NCBI GenBank assembly: GCA_039630545.1 | Contig: JBCNUU010000003.1 | Coordinates: 34,582-98,581 of the forward strand | From: Endomicrobiia bacterium | Lineage (GTDB): Bacteria > Elusimicrobiota > Endomicrobiia > DTEH01 | Reading direction: 5' to 3' | Length of the DNA: 64,000 bases | In this document: positions 39,740 to 49,995 of the stretch, piece after piece | How positions within the stretch are numbered: position 1 is the stretch's first letter | How the letters are laid out: each line of letters opens with the position of its first letter | Made by a program: the position numbers and the translations under genes | The notes under the pieces: generated by a model | The model's database searches: none | The model's input: the letters and a program-made list of their open reading frames with translations, nothing else | What the model was told of the DNA's origin: nothing

Positions 39740-40948
39740 ATGACAAAACAAGATTCTTTATATAAACTTTCAATTCTTTCAACTGCAGCAAGATATGATA
39801 ACTCTTGTAGTAGCTCAGGGGCTAAAAGAGAAAGTCATCCATTTGGTATAGGTAATACTCATCTTTCTGGAATATGTCACAGCTGGACTGCAGATGGGAG
39901 ATGTGTATCGTTGTTGAAAGTTCTTTTAACTAATATGTGTGAAAATGACTGTAAATATTGCGTATGTAGAATAAAAAATAACTTACCACGAGCTATGTTT
40001 ACTCCAAGAGAAATTGCTGATTTGACTATAGAATTTTACAAGAGAAATTTTATTGAAGGTTTATTTTTAAGTTCAGCTGTTTATAAGAGTCCTGACTACA
40101 CTATGGAGTTAATGATAAAAGCCGCTGAAATATTGAGAAAAGAATATCACTTTAATGGTTATATACATCTTAAAATTCTTCCTGGGACTTCAAAGGAACT
40201 GATAGAGAAATCTTTTGAATTAGCAGACAGAGTAAGTTCTAATTTAGAATTTCCTACTAAAGAAGGATTTAGCTTACTTGCCCCTCAAAAAGACTTTGAA
40301 GAACTTCTTAAGCCTCTTGTTCATGTAAGAAACATATACTTGGAAAAAAATAAAAAATCTCCAGCTTCAACTCAACTCATAGTAGGTGCTACGAATGACA
40401 AAGATATAAAATTTGTTACTCTAGCGAATTATCTGTATGAAAAGAAATTAGTAAGAAGAGTTTATTATTCTGCTTATATACCGGTGAACAACGACAAATA
40501 TCTTCCACACGTAAAATCTCCTCAATTCTTAAGAGAGCATAGATTATATCAAGCAGACTGGCTTATTAGATTTTATAAGTTTAAACCAGAAGAAATCTTA
40601 GGCAACGAAGAAAATCTGCGTTTAGATTTAGACCCAAAAATGTCCTGGGCTTTAAGGAACATAGATAAGTTTCCTATAGAAATAACAACAGCTGATTACT
40701 ATGAACTGATAAGGATACCAGGTATAGGCCCTAAAGGAGCAATGAAGATAATTCATGCAAGAAAATACTCACATATTGCAGAAAAAGATTTAAAAAGAAT
40801 AGGTATATCACTAAAAAGAGCAAAATTTTTTATCACGATTCACGGTAAAAGAATTTCAGGAACCACAGATAAAGATATTAAAAAGTTAGAAAAAGAAACC
40901 CATCTGTTTGATAATTTATATAAGTATGAGGAAAATACTATGCTATGA
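39740..40948 (+). CDS. Putative DNA modification/repair radical SAM protein with HhH (TIGR03916-like)
   Basis: GICHSWTADGRCVSLLK, CENDCKYC, REHRLYQADWL, RIPGIG. Confidence 0.9.
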   Translation: MTKQDSLYKLSILSTAARYDNSCSSSGAKRESHPFGIGNTHLSGICHSWTADGRCVSLLKVLLTNMCENDCKYCVCRIKNNLPRAMFTPREIADLTIEFYKRNFIEGLFLSSAVYKSPDYTMELMIKAAEILRKEYHFNGYIHLKILPGTSKELIEKSFELADRVSSNLEFPTKEGFSLLAPQKDFEELLKPLVHVRNIYLEKNKKSPASTQLIVGATNDKDIKFVTLANYLYEKKLVRRVYYSAYIPVNNDKYLPHVKSPQFLREHRLYQADWLIRFYKFKPEEILGNEENLRLDLDPKMSWALRNIDKFPIEITTADYYELIRIPGIGPKGAMKIIHARKYSHIAEKDLKRIGISLKRAKFFITIHGKRISGTTDKDIKKLEKETHLFDNLYKYEENTML

Positions 40949-41675
40949 TGGTTCATACGAAGGATTTATTTGCTTGATAGATGTTTTGATTTCAAATTAT
41001 AAAAACACTTTAGATGCGGTAGAAATAATAAATCTTTTGATAGAAAAGGAACAAAACTATATCTTTTATGATAAAATAGAAACTTCAAAAGTTAAATCTG
41101 AAGTATTTATATCTAAGCTAAAAAATTTACTTCCCGGAAAGTTCGTTAATGATTTATATTTATATCATCTATGTGATACTTTAAAATTAGAAAAAATTGT
41201 GGCAAGCGTAATAATAAAATACCCATTAAATAAAAATATTCTTAATCAAATTACTAACAAAGAAGTTTGTGTTTTGTGGAAAGCAAAAAGATCTCTATTT
41301 AGAGAAATTCATAGGTACAAGGGAATTTTAAGGTTTTCTAAATTAGATGAAATATACTATGCACAATTTAAACCCAAATTTAATGTATTACCAATTCTTT
41401 CCAAGCATTTCTTTAGTAGATATAATAACATGAACTTTATAATTTATGATCTGCTAAGAGGGATTGCTTTTTTCAATATTAATAATAAAGGAAAATTTTT
41501 ATACTTAGATAGAAACCTAGATTTAAAAATAAAAAGTGATTTTATAGATAAATTGTGGAAAATCTACTTTGAAAAATCTGCTGTAGATGAAAGAATCAGT
41601 ATGGAAAGACAAAAAATTAAATTGCCATTATATGTTAGAGAGTTTTTGACTGAATTTAAGGATTGTAATGATTGA
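40926..41675 (+). CDS. TIGR03915/DUF4130-like DNA metabolism protein
   Basis: YDGSYEGF, REIHRYKGILRF, HF..RY..F.IYD, LWKIYF; usual partner of the upstream radical SAM gene. Confidence 0.8.
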   Translation: MRKILCYDGSYEGFICLIDVLISNYKNTLDAVEIINLLIEKEQNYIFYDKIETSKVKSEVFISKLKNLLPGKFVNDLYLYHLCDTLKLEKIVASVIIKYPLNKNILNQITNKEVCVLWKAKRSLFREIHRYKGILRFSKLDEIYYAQFKPKFNVLPILSKHFFSRYNNMNFIIYDLLRGIAFFNINNKGKFLYLDRNLDLKIKSDFIDKLWKIYFEKSAVDERISMERQKIKLPLYVREFLTEFKDCND

Positions 41676-41685
41676 GTTGGTTTAA

Positions 41686-43065
41686 TTAAATTTTTTTGTA
41701 CAATTTTTGTTTAAATTCTAATATAGTTTTTTTAAAATCTACTATTGGCTTGGGATAATTTTTAAATGAATGATTCTTTAAAATCCTCTCATTATGCAGT
41801 ATTTCATTATCTATGTTTTTTAATTCTTGAACATACTTCTTTATATAAATAGTATCACTGTCGAATTTTCTAGATTGAATAAATGGGTTAAAAAATCTAA
41901 ACTTGGTGTCTACTCCAGTAGAGGCATTCCATTGCCAGTTTCCTATATTAGATGGTATATCATAGTCAATAAGTTCTAAGGAAAAATATCTTTCACCCAA
42001 ACGCCAATCTATGTGTAAGTTTTTAGTAAGAAAATTTGCGACAATCATTCTTACTCTGTTATGTATATAACCTTCTTCTTTTAGCTGACGCATACCAGCA
42101 TCTACTATTGGATAACCGGTTAGTCCATCTTGCCATTTTTTGAAAAGATTTTCATTATTTTCCCAATGGATTTTTATGTTTTTTTTAAAATTTTCAAATT
42201 CACTTTCTGGATAGTGGTATAGTAGATAGTTAAAAAATTCTCTCCAAATAAGTTCATCTAAAAATTTATTATGGTTCCCTTTTTTGTTTAAAATCCAACG
42301 AAAGAGACTCCTAATAGAAATAGTACCATATCTTAAGTGAGGACTCAGAAGAGAAGTTGAGTTTAAGTGAGGAAAGTCTCTACTAATAGCATAGTTGTCA
42401 ATTAAACTTTCAAATCTTTTAAGTAACTCATAGGGATCCTTTTTTGCTCCTTCAAACTTTAAGCTTTGCGTTTCAAAGTTGATACTACCTAAATCAATAG
42501 GAAGTTTTGTGACAGTATTAGAAACTGATATTATATGTGAAAAATCTGTATTTACTAACTTAATTTTGCTTTTAATTCTGTATTCTTCTGATATAAGAAT
42601 ATTTAAGTTTTCCTTAATAGCAGACATGAAACTGCTAAAAACTTGATAAGGTTGCCCTTTTGAATTAAAAAATTTTTCTACTGGCGTTATGAAATTTTCA
42701 TTGAGTAGTTTTAATTTATACTTCTTTGATATTTTTTTAAAAATGTTTTTTGAGTAATTATCAAATTCGTTAGAAGCTATGATGTTGTTTATTTCAAAAT
42801 TATGGGCAAGGAAATCAAAAATATCTAAAGGAGAACCATAAAATATAGCTATATCTAACTTATTTTTCCTTAGTAAACTTTTAAATTTGATCAACTGTTG
42901 AAATAAAAAACTTATTCTTTTGTTATTTTTGTTTAGATTGTATAACTTGTCTTTATCGAAGATAAAAATTGGTAATACATCTAAACTATCTGTACAAGAT
43001 AAAAGTTTGTTGTCAACAACTCTAAGTTCTCTTTTGATCCAAATTATGTCTATTTTTTGTTTCAT
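41686..43065 (-). CDS. phrB: Deoxyribodipyrimidine photolyase
   Basis: TSLLSPHLRYG, ELIWREF, GLTGYPIVDAGMRQL, HNRVRM, GNWQW. Confidence 0.92.
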   Translation of the reverse strand: MKQKIDIIWIKRELRVVDNKLLSCTDSLDVLPIFIFDKDKLYNLNKNNKRISFLFQQLIKFKSLLRKNKLDIAIFYGSPLDIFDFLAHNFEINNIIASNEFDNYSKNIFKKISKKYKLKLLNENFITPVEKFFNSKGQPYQVFSSFMSAIKENLNILISEEYRIKSKIKLVNTDFSHIISVSNTVTKLPIDLGSINFETQSLKFEGAKKDPYELLKRFESLIDNYAISRDFPHLNSTSLLSPHLRYGTISIRSLFRWILNKKGNHNKFLDELIWREFFNYLLYHYPESEFENFKKNIKIHWENNENLFKKWQDGLTGYPIVDAGMRQLKEEGYIHNRVRMIVANFLTKNLHIDWRLGERYFSLELIDYDIPSNIGNWQWNASTGVDTKFRFFNPFIQSRKFDSDTIYIKKYVQELKNIDNEILHNERILKNHSFKNYPKPIVDFKKTILEFKQKLYKKI

Positions 43066-43930
43066 CTAGATTTTTGATTTCTTTTATTAATTTTAAGACA
43101 GCCTTTTCTTTATTTTTTGCCTCAACGATAATATCTATTCTTCTTGTAGTTTGAAAATTTTTGTAAAGTTCTATAAAATCATCTAACTTTACATAATTTG
43201 CATGTTCATTTGAATTTTCATGGGATGATGAAATATGAAACTCGGGGATCCTATCACCCCAGGTTTTTAGAACATCTTGAGAGCTAAATATAGAAGAATT
43301 TAGCTTATTATGATGATGGTCGTATACTAAAGGAAGACCTAACTCTTTAAGCTTAAGAAGGTCTTCTACTGTGAAACTTTTGTCATCGTTTTCCACAGCC
43401 AATCTTTTGGTTAACCACTTATTTTTTGCTAATGTATTCGCAAATCTTTCTAAACTTTTTTCCTTGTTCCCATATATTCCACCTAAGTGAACGACTACTA
43501 TACAATTTTTATCTAAGTTTAGGCAATCCAGAACCCAAAAGTGATACTCTAGTTCTCTTAAAGATTTCTCTACTATTTCTGGTTGAGGCGAGTTTAACAC
43601 AACAAACTGTCCTGGATGCATTGTTATTCTTATATTGTAATTTTTTATTTTATAGGAAAAATATATAAGCTCCTTTTCAATTATCTTTAACCAGCTTTTG
43701 CTAAAAGTTTCATGAGAGGCAAAAGGTATAAAGTTAGAACCTAACCTGAATATTGTGAAGTTATTTTTTTTAGAAATTTCTAAAAGTTTTTCAAAGTCAT
43801 TCAAATTTTTAAAAAAGACTTTAAGCAAATTATCTTTGTTTAAATTTTTCAATTTTAGTTTTCTGTTAGTTGTAATCTTACCATCTGCCGTTGAACAAAA
43901 AAAACCAAATCCAAAATTTTTAAAATACAT
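43022..43930 (-). CDS. uvsE: UV DNA damage endonuclease
   Basis: FRLGS..PFASH, MHPGQF, HLGG, VENDD, DHHH, EAKNKE; ATG 43930 just after the lemA stop. Confidence 0.88.
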   Translation of the reverse strand: MYFKNFGFGFFCSTADGKITTNRKLKLKNLNKDNLLKVFFKNLNDFEKLLEISKKNNFTIFRLGSNFIPFASHETFSKSWLKIIEKELIYFSYKIKNYNIRITMHPGQFVVLNSPQPEIVEKSLRELEYHFWVLDCLNLDKNCIVVVHLGGIYGNKEKSLERFANTLAKNKWLTKRLAVENDDKSFTVEDLLKLKELGLPLVYDHHHNKLNSSIFSSQDVLKTWGDRIPEFHISSSHENSNEHANYVKLDDFIELYKNFQTTRRIDIIVEAKNKEKAVLKLIKEIKNLDETKNRHNLDQKRT

Positions 43931-43934
43931 ATTT

Positions 43935-44507
43935 TTAATCTTCAAAATCAATTTTTATATTTTCTTTAGCTTCTTGTTTTATTTCAAAGTATATATTTTT
44001 CTCCCTAAAACCAGATAATTTAGCCACAATGTTACTCGGAAAACTTTTTACAAGAATGTTATAATTCTTAACTATTTCATTATATCTTCTTCTTTCATTA
44101 GCAATTCTATTTTCTGTTCCTGCAAGTTCATCTTGAAGCCGAATAAAATTTTCGTTTGCTTTAAGTTGGGGATAGTTTTCTGCTATAGCTAAAAGTCGTG
44201 CTAATGCTGATTCTATCTCCTTTGAAGCAGTAATTTTTTCCTGGATAGTTTTTGCTCCTAAGAGTTTTGCTCTTGCATCGGCTACATAAGTGAAGATTTC
44301 TTTTTCGTGCTTTGCATAACCTTTTACTGTATTTATTAAATTTGGGATTAAATCGTATTTTCTTTGCAGCTGGTTTTCAATCTGTGCCCAAGATGCAGTT
44401 ATATTTTCATCCAGTGTTACAAAGCGATTATATATAGAAATGTATGTTGAGCCTATTATAAATATAGTAGCTAATATTACTCCTAAAATAATCCATATTT
44501 TTCTCAT
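43935..44507 (-). CDS. lemA: LemA family protein
   Basis: QRKYDLIPNL, ENYPQLKAN, GTENRI. Confidence 0.93.
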   Translation of the reverse strand: MRKIWIILGVILATIFIIGSTYISIYNRFVTLDENITASWAQIENQLQRKYDLIPNLINTVKGYAKHEKEIFTYVADARAKLLGAKTIQEKITASKEIESALARLLAIAENYPQLKANENFIRLQDELAGTENRIANERRRYNEIVKNYNILVKSFPSNIVAKLSGFREKNIYFEIKQEAKENIKIDFED

Positions 44508-44539
44508 ATTCTTATATCCTCCTTTTTATCTTCTAAAAA

Positions 44540-45244
44540 TTAGAGATTATTTACAAAGTCAATAACTTTTTCAATTTCTTTTGTATATTGTTCAAAAAGT
44601 TCTTGAAGATTGTACTCTTTAGTCTCTTTTTTGTCTTGTTTTAAATTTAAAATTTTTTCAAAAGGTTGTATATTAATTCCAAGTATTTCATTTTTTATAA
44701 CTTCTAAAACTTCGGTCTTTTTAGCAGGGACTTGTTTTTGTAGAAGTTGTATTACACTTTTGAACAACACTAAAAATGTAGAGATACTCTCAATTAGTAG
44801 TTTTTTTAATTTTTGTTTTTTGCCTCCTGTTAATATGTATAATTGTTTAAGTTTTAGTAATTTACTTTTTAATTCAAACTCACACTCGTGGCGTAAATTT
44901 TTAAAGTTTATTTCAATTTTTTCAACTATGTTTTCTCCATATAGAATTTTATGATTCTGTTTTATGTCTAAAAACTCTATTGGAAAAACATCAACAGAAC
45001 TTAAAAAAGTTTTCGTGTCAAATATTAAAGGAGGGGGATTTCCATGTTTTACCCATTTTTTTACAGGTTTGGTTAAGTTATTCAAATCAGTGATCTTTAG
45101 ATCATCTGCTATAATAAGTATATTGTAGTCAGAGTATTTTGTATCTTCTTGGGACGCTTTTGAACCATAAAGTGTTATTGATTTTAGTTTTTTACCTAAA
45201 GAATTTTTTATTTCTTGTATAAAGTTTTCAAGAATTTTTTGCAT
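44540..45244 (-). CDS. Nucleotidyltransferase-fold protein
   Basis: LYGS...SDYNILI, DVFPIEFLDI. Confidence 0.8.
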   Translation of the reverse strand: MQKILENFIQEIKNSLGKKLKSITLYGSKASQEDTKYSDYNILIIADDLKITDLNNLTKPVKKWVKHGNPPPLIFDTKTFLSSVDVFPIEFLDIKQNHKILYGENIVEKIEINFKNLRHECEFELKSKLLKLKQLYILTGGKKQKLKKLLIESISTFLVLFKSVIQLLQKQVPAKKTEVLEVIKNEILGINIQPFEKILNLKQDKKETKEYNLQELFEQYTKEIEKVIDFVNNL

Positions 45245-45332
45245 AATTTTTGCTCCTAACTATATATTAGTTATCTTGCACAATTTCTGCTAATATAAAT
45301 TCTAAACTTTAAGTAAACTTTAAGTAGCAAAA

Positions 45333-46064
45333 TTACCATCCTCTCGATGCTCCTCCTCCACCACTTATTCCGCCACCAAACCCACCAAAACTACCTCCAA
45401 ATCCACCTCTGTTGAAGCTTCCGCGAAAACTACCCATTTGACTTAGTATCCAGAAACTTAAAAATGGATATCTAAATGTTAAAAGGAAAAAAATTACAAA
45501 AAATAAAATTGCTAATTTTTCAAAAAAAGAAGGTTCTTTTTCTAATTTTATATCTTTGTAGATTTCACCTGTAAGTTCTACACCAACATCTTTAGCTATG
45601 ATGTTAGCAATTGCTGCTGTTCCATAAAGTAAACCTTTTGAGTAGTTGTGTTCTTTAAAGTGTGGTATTACATATTTGTCTAAAATTTCGCCACAAAGCC
45701 CATCAGGTAAAATTTCTTCTAGTCCATATCCTACTTCAATTCTTACCTTTTTATCTTCTATAGCCACAACAAACATAACACCGTTATCTTTTTTTCTTTT
45801 TCCGACACCCCATTTTTCAAACAATCTTGCTGCAAACTCTTCAATTGTATAACTTTCAAGAGAGTTTAATGTTACAATAGCTACCTCAGCAGAAGTTTTT
45901 CGTTCTAATTCTACAATAATACTTTCAATTTGTTTTTTTGTTGTTTCGTCTAATATGTTTGCAAAGTCAGAGATCCATCCCTGGGGTGATAAAGATTCTA
46001 TTATATCAGATTTGCATAAGTAAGTTAAGAAAAAAAATAATATCAAAACTAAAACTTTTTTCAT
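45333..46064 (-). CDS. TPM-domain (YgcG-like) membrane protein
   Basis: WGVG..DNG, RIEVGYGLE, Gly-rich tail ending GGGASRGW. Confidence 0.9.
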   Translation of the reverse strand: MKKVLVLILFFFLTYLCKSDIIESLSPQGWISDFANILDETTKKQIESIIVELERKTSAEVAIVTLNSLESYTIEEFAARLFEKWGVGKRKKDNGVMFVVAIEDKKVRIEVGYGLEEILPDGLCGEILDKYVIPHFKEHNYSKGLLYGTAAIANIIAKDVGVELTGEIYKDIKLEKEPSFFEKLAILFFVIFFLLTFRYPFLSFWILSQMGSFRGSFNRGGFGGSFGGFGGGISGGGGASRGW

Positions 46065-46155
46065 TTTTATTTTATATAAATTAATAATTGTTTTATCAAT
46101 TGAAGAATAATGAAACTTTATTTTGAAGTTTGTTTTTAATAGATAAAGTCAAAGT

Positions 46156-46770
46156 ATGACTATAAAAGCAGTAATTTTTGATTGGGGCGGAGTTATTATT
46201 AAAGATCCAGCTTATAAAATGTTAAAGTTTTGTGCTGATTTTTTAAGAGTTGATAAACACAGGTTAGAAATCGTTTATTCAAAATATAAAGAAAAATTTC
46301 AAAAAGGAAAAATAACAGAAAATCAACTTTTTGATAAAATGATTTCAGAGTTGAATTTAAAAGTAAAAATTAAACCAAAATTTTCTTTATGGAAAAAAGC
46401 AGTTAGAAAAATTTTTAAGGTAAACAAAAGAATTATTTATTTAATAAAAAAACTCAAAAAACAAAACTACAAAATAGCAATTTTGTCAAATACAGAGGTT
46501 CCAGCAGTTGAATATTTTTATGAGAAAGGATTTAATAAATATTTTGATGTTAAAGTTTTTTCCTGTGAAGTTGGTTTTGTAAAACCGCAAAAAGAAATAT
46601 ATAAAATAGCACTTAAAAGACTAAAATCTAAACCACAAGAAGTAATTTTTATAGACGACAACGAAGAATATGTTAACTCAGCAAAGAAGATTAAAATAAA
46701 TGCAGTTTTATTTAAAAACTTTAAAAAACTAATTTATGATTTAAAATTTTATTTGCCTAATTTCAATTAG
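46156..46770 (+). CDS. HAD-family phosphatase
   Basis: FDWGGV, LSNT, KP, FIDD. Confidence 0.85.
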   Translation: MTIKAVIFDWGGVIIKDPAYKMLKFCADFLRVDKHRLEIVYSKYKEKFQKGKITENQLFDKMISELNLKVKIKPKFSLWKKAVRKIFKVNKRIIYLIKKLKKQNYKIAILSNTEVPAVEYFYEKGFNKYFDVKVFSCEVGFVKPQKEIYKIALKRLKSKPQEVIFIDDNEEYVNSAKKIKINAVLFKNFKKLIYDLKFYLPNFN

Positions 46771-47657
46771 ATTTCTTTCCCTGTTAACATATAATAAATC
46801 TCACGATATTTTTTAGATGTTGTTTCTATAACTTCTTTTGGTAAATTAGGTCCTGGATAGGTTTTATTCCAGCCTGTTGATTCTGTATAGTCGCGCACAT
46901 ATTGTTTGTCAAGCGATGGTTGTGTTTGTCCTTCTTTGTATGTAGCTTTAGGCCAGAATCTGGATGAATCAGGTGTTAAAATTTCATCAATTAAGATGAT
47001 TTTCCCTGTTTTTTCTTCTACTCCGAACTCAAATTTTGTATCTGCTATTATTATTCCCCGGGTTTCTGCGTACTCAGCTGCCTTTTTGTATAATTCAATT
47101 GATTTTTGTTTTATGAACTCAGCTTTATCTTTTCCAATAATTTCAGCTGCTTTCTCAAAGGTTATGTTTTCATCATGACCTACTTCAGCTTTTGTTGAAG
47201 GTGTAAAGATAGGTTGTGGAAGTTTTGAAGATTCAGTAAGTCCCTCAGGAAGTTTTATCCCACAAACAGTGCCAGATTTTTTGTATTCTTTAAGTCCACT
47301 GCCGGTTAAATACCCTCGGACGATGCATTCTACCGGAAGCACTTTTGCCTTTTTTACTACCATTGTGCGAAGCTCTAATATGTCTTTGTGTTTTTTAAAC
47401 TCCTCAGGAAGCCCATCTACACCGAAATTTATTATGTGGTTTTCTATTATATCTTTTAGGTATTCACACCAGAATTTAGTAAGCTGAGTAAGTACTGCTC
47501 CTTTATATGGTATAGGATCCGGTAAAACAACATCAAACACAGAAATCCTATCAGTAGCAATAATTACTAATTTGTCACCTAAATCAAATATGTCTCTTAC
47601 TTTTCCCTGCTTTTTAGGAGTAAGACCTAACTCTTTTGTTGATGTTAAAGTTTGCAT
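46767..47657 (-). CDS. purC: SAICAR synthetase
   Basis: GKVRDIF, ECIVRGYLTGS, ADTKFEFG, DEILTPDSSRFW. Confidence 0.96.
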   Translation of the reverse strand: MQTLTSTKELGLTPKKQGKVRDIFDLGDKLVIIATDRISVFDVVLPDPIPYKGAVLTQLTKFWCEYLKDIIENHIINFGVDGLPEEFKKHKDILELRTMVVKKAKVLPVECIVRGYLTGSGLKEYKKSGTVCGIKLPEGLTESSKLPQPIFTPSTKAEVGHDENITFEKAAEIIGKDKAEFIKQKSIELYKKAAEYAETRGIIIADTKFEFGVEEKTGKIILIDEILTPDSSRFWPKATYKEGQTQPSLDKQYVRDYTESTGWNKTYPGPNLPKEVIETTSKKYREIYYMLTGKEI

Positions 47658-47681
47658 AGTTTTACCTCCATATATAAAAAT

Positions 47682-48473
47682 TTATATTCTCTTTCCAGAA
47701 GGGATATAGCCTTCTATGTCGATGCATATATACTTATATCCAATTTTTTTAAGTTTTTTTACTATAGATGGTAAATTTTTGTTTATAATAAAATTTTTAA
47801 TTTTGTCTTTTTCTACTTCAATCCTGGCGAGCTCTTCATGATCTCTTACTCTAAACACATACTTAATATAATTTTTAATAATTTTTTCTGCTTTTTCAAC
47901 CTTTCTTAATTTTTCCTTTGTTATTTTTTCTCCAGATGGTATTCGTGAAGCCAAACATGAGAAAGAAAATTTCCTCCAGATTGGAATTTTAAATTTTTCT
48001 GAAAGTTTTCTTATTTCTTTTTTTGTAAATTTTGCTTCGACTAAAGGACACACAACTTTTAGCTTCCTTATAGCAAGAAAACCAGGTCTTATGTCGTTTT
48101 TTATATCATCATAATTTGTGCCGTCAAAAATTACATCATATTTTAATTTCTTCTTTAGTTTTTGTATTTTTCTGTATATTTCATATTTACAATGAAAACA
48201 TCTATTAAATAGATTTTTTGTAAATTTTTTGTTTGCCAGTTGTTTTGTTTTTATTATTATGTGGGGGATTTTAAGTTTTTTAGTAAATTTTTCAGCAATT
48301 TCTACTTCGCTAGTTGGAAAGATTTCTGAAGATGCTGTGACTGCTAAAATTTTTTTGTTAAGTTTTTTACAGATATATAAAAGAAAAGAACTATCAACTC
48401 CGCCGGAGTAAGCAATGACTATTGAGTTAAACTTATTTATTATCTTGTAAAGTTTTTGAAGTTTTTTGTTCAT
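47682..48473 (-). CDS. larE: LarE-like ATP-dependent sulfur transferase
   Basis: AYSGGVDS, RCFHCK, DGTN, RPG, CLASRIP. Confidence 0.85.
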   Translation of the reverse strand: MNKKLQKLYKIINKFNSIVIAYSGGVDSSFLLYICKKLNKKILAVTASSEIFPTSEVEIAEKFTKKLKIPHIIIKTKQLANKKFTKNLFNRCFHCKYEIYRKIQKLKKKLKYDVIFDGTNYDDIKNDIRPGFLAIRKLKVVCPLVEAKFTKKEIRKLSEKFKIPIWRKFSFSCLASRIPSGEKITKEKLRKVEKAEKIIKNYIKYVFRVRDHEELARIEVEKDKIKNFIINKNLPSIVKKLKKIGYKYICIDIEGYIPSGKRI

Positions 48474-48567
48474 TGATTTGACCTAATATAAATTTTATAT
48501 AATTAATTCAACAAGTGGAAAAGTTGAAAATACTTCAATAAAGATGTAATTACTAACAAAAAACTTT

Positions 48568-49995
48568 ATGAAAATAAAAGAAGAAAAAACTCAAATAGTT
48601 TCGTATCTAGAAGATGCTTCAAACTTTACTTCAGGTAGAGCAGACAAAATATACATCCCTGAAGATGAAAAAGAAGTCATAGATATAATAAGAACCTGCG
48701 CTAAGGAAAAAACCCCGCTGACGATTTCTGCAGCAGGTACGGGAACTGTTGCAGGAAGGATTCCTCTTGAAGGAGTTGTGCTTTCAACAGAAAAATTAGA
48801 TAAAATAATAAAAATTGACACAAAAAACAAAACAGCAACACTACAGGCAGGTGTTGTGGTGGATAATTTTTTAAAGGAAATAGAAAAATTAAATCTTTTT
48901 TATCCACCGTTTCCCACAGAAAGAACAGCTTTTATTGGAGGCAATGTTGCTACAAATGCTTCTGGTGAATATAGTTTTAGGTTTGGATCTACAAGAGAAT
49001 ATGTTAAAAGAATAAGAATGGTTTTATCCACAGGAGATGTTTTAGATATTTCACGTAAGGAATTTTTTGAAAAAAATGGTTTTATTGATTACAAATTTTT
49101 TAAAATAAAGCTACCTTCCTACCGAACTCCAAATGTAAAGTGTTCTGCAGGCTACTATATAAAAGACAACATGGACGCCATTGATTTACTTATAGGTTCG
49201 GAGGGGACTTTAGGAGTTATTACAGAAGTTGAAGTTTATTTAATTGATAAACTTCCAGAGAGGTTTATAGTTATATTATTTTTTAAAAAAGATACAAATA
49301 TTCCCGTTATTGTAAAGAAAATAAAAAGTAAAAAAGAAGAACTTGGGATATATAGTTTAGAGTTTTTTGATGAAAATTCATTGAATTTCTTAAAAGATGA
49401 ATATGATTTTGTTGTGGAAAATTCCTGTGCTTTATATATAGAAGCTGAAAAAGAAAACCTGGAAAAGCTTGTTGATATTATTGAGGAATTTAAAGTTATC
49501 TCCAGTGCCGTTGCAGAAAGTTTATCTGACTACAAAAAACTTGTAGAGTTTAGACATAAGCTACCAGAGAAGATAAACTCATACTTCAAAAAAATAGGTT
49601 GTTCAAAAATTGCAGTGGATGCTGCTGTCCCAGATATAAAATTTGAGGAATTTTTTTGGTATTATAAGAAATTAATTTCAGAAAAAACTACTTTTAAAAC
49701 TGTGCTTTTTGGTCATATCGGAGAAAGTCATCTTCATTTTAATATGTTTCCTGAAACCACTCAACAGAAAGAACTTGCACAGGAAATTTATGTTGAGGTA
49801 ATAAAAAAAGCAGTTTCTTTGGGTGGTACTGGTTTTGCAGAGCATGGCATTGGTAAACTAAAAAATAAATATCTAAAATATATGTACACACAAGATCAGA
49901 TATTAGAGATGGCAAAGATAAAAAAAACTTTTGATCCTTACTGGATACTTTCTTTAGATAATATATTTCCTAAAAACATTATTGAACATTTATGA
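48568..49995 (+). CDS. FAD-binding oxidoreductase (GlcD/D-lactate dehydrogenase family)
   Basis: GGNVATNASG, GSEGTLG, GHIG..HLH, AEHGIG. Confidence 0.85.
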   Translation: MKIKEEKTQIVSYLEDASNFTSGRADKIYIPEDEKEVIDIIRTCAKEKTPLTISAAGTGTVAGRIPLEGVVLSTEKLDKIIKIDTKNKTATLQAGVVVDNFLKEIEKLNLFYPPFPTERTAFIGGNVATNASGEYSFRFGSTREYVKRIRMVLSTGDVLDISRKEFFEKNGFIDYKFFKIKLPSYRTPNVKCSAGYYIKDNMDAIDLLIGSEGTLGVITEVEVYLIDKLPERFIVILFFKKDTNIPVIVKKIKSKKEELGIYSLEFFDENSLNFLKDEYDFVVENSCALYIEAEKENLEKLVDIIEEFKVISSAVAESLSDYKKLVEFRHKLPEKINSYFKKIGCSKIAVDAAVPDIKFEEFFWYYKKLISEKTTFKTVLFGHIGESHLHFNMFPETTQQKELAQEIYVEVIKKAVSLGGTGFAEHGIGKLKNKYLKYMYTQDQILEMAKIKKTFDPYWILSLDNIFPKNIIEHL

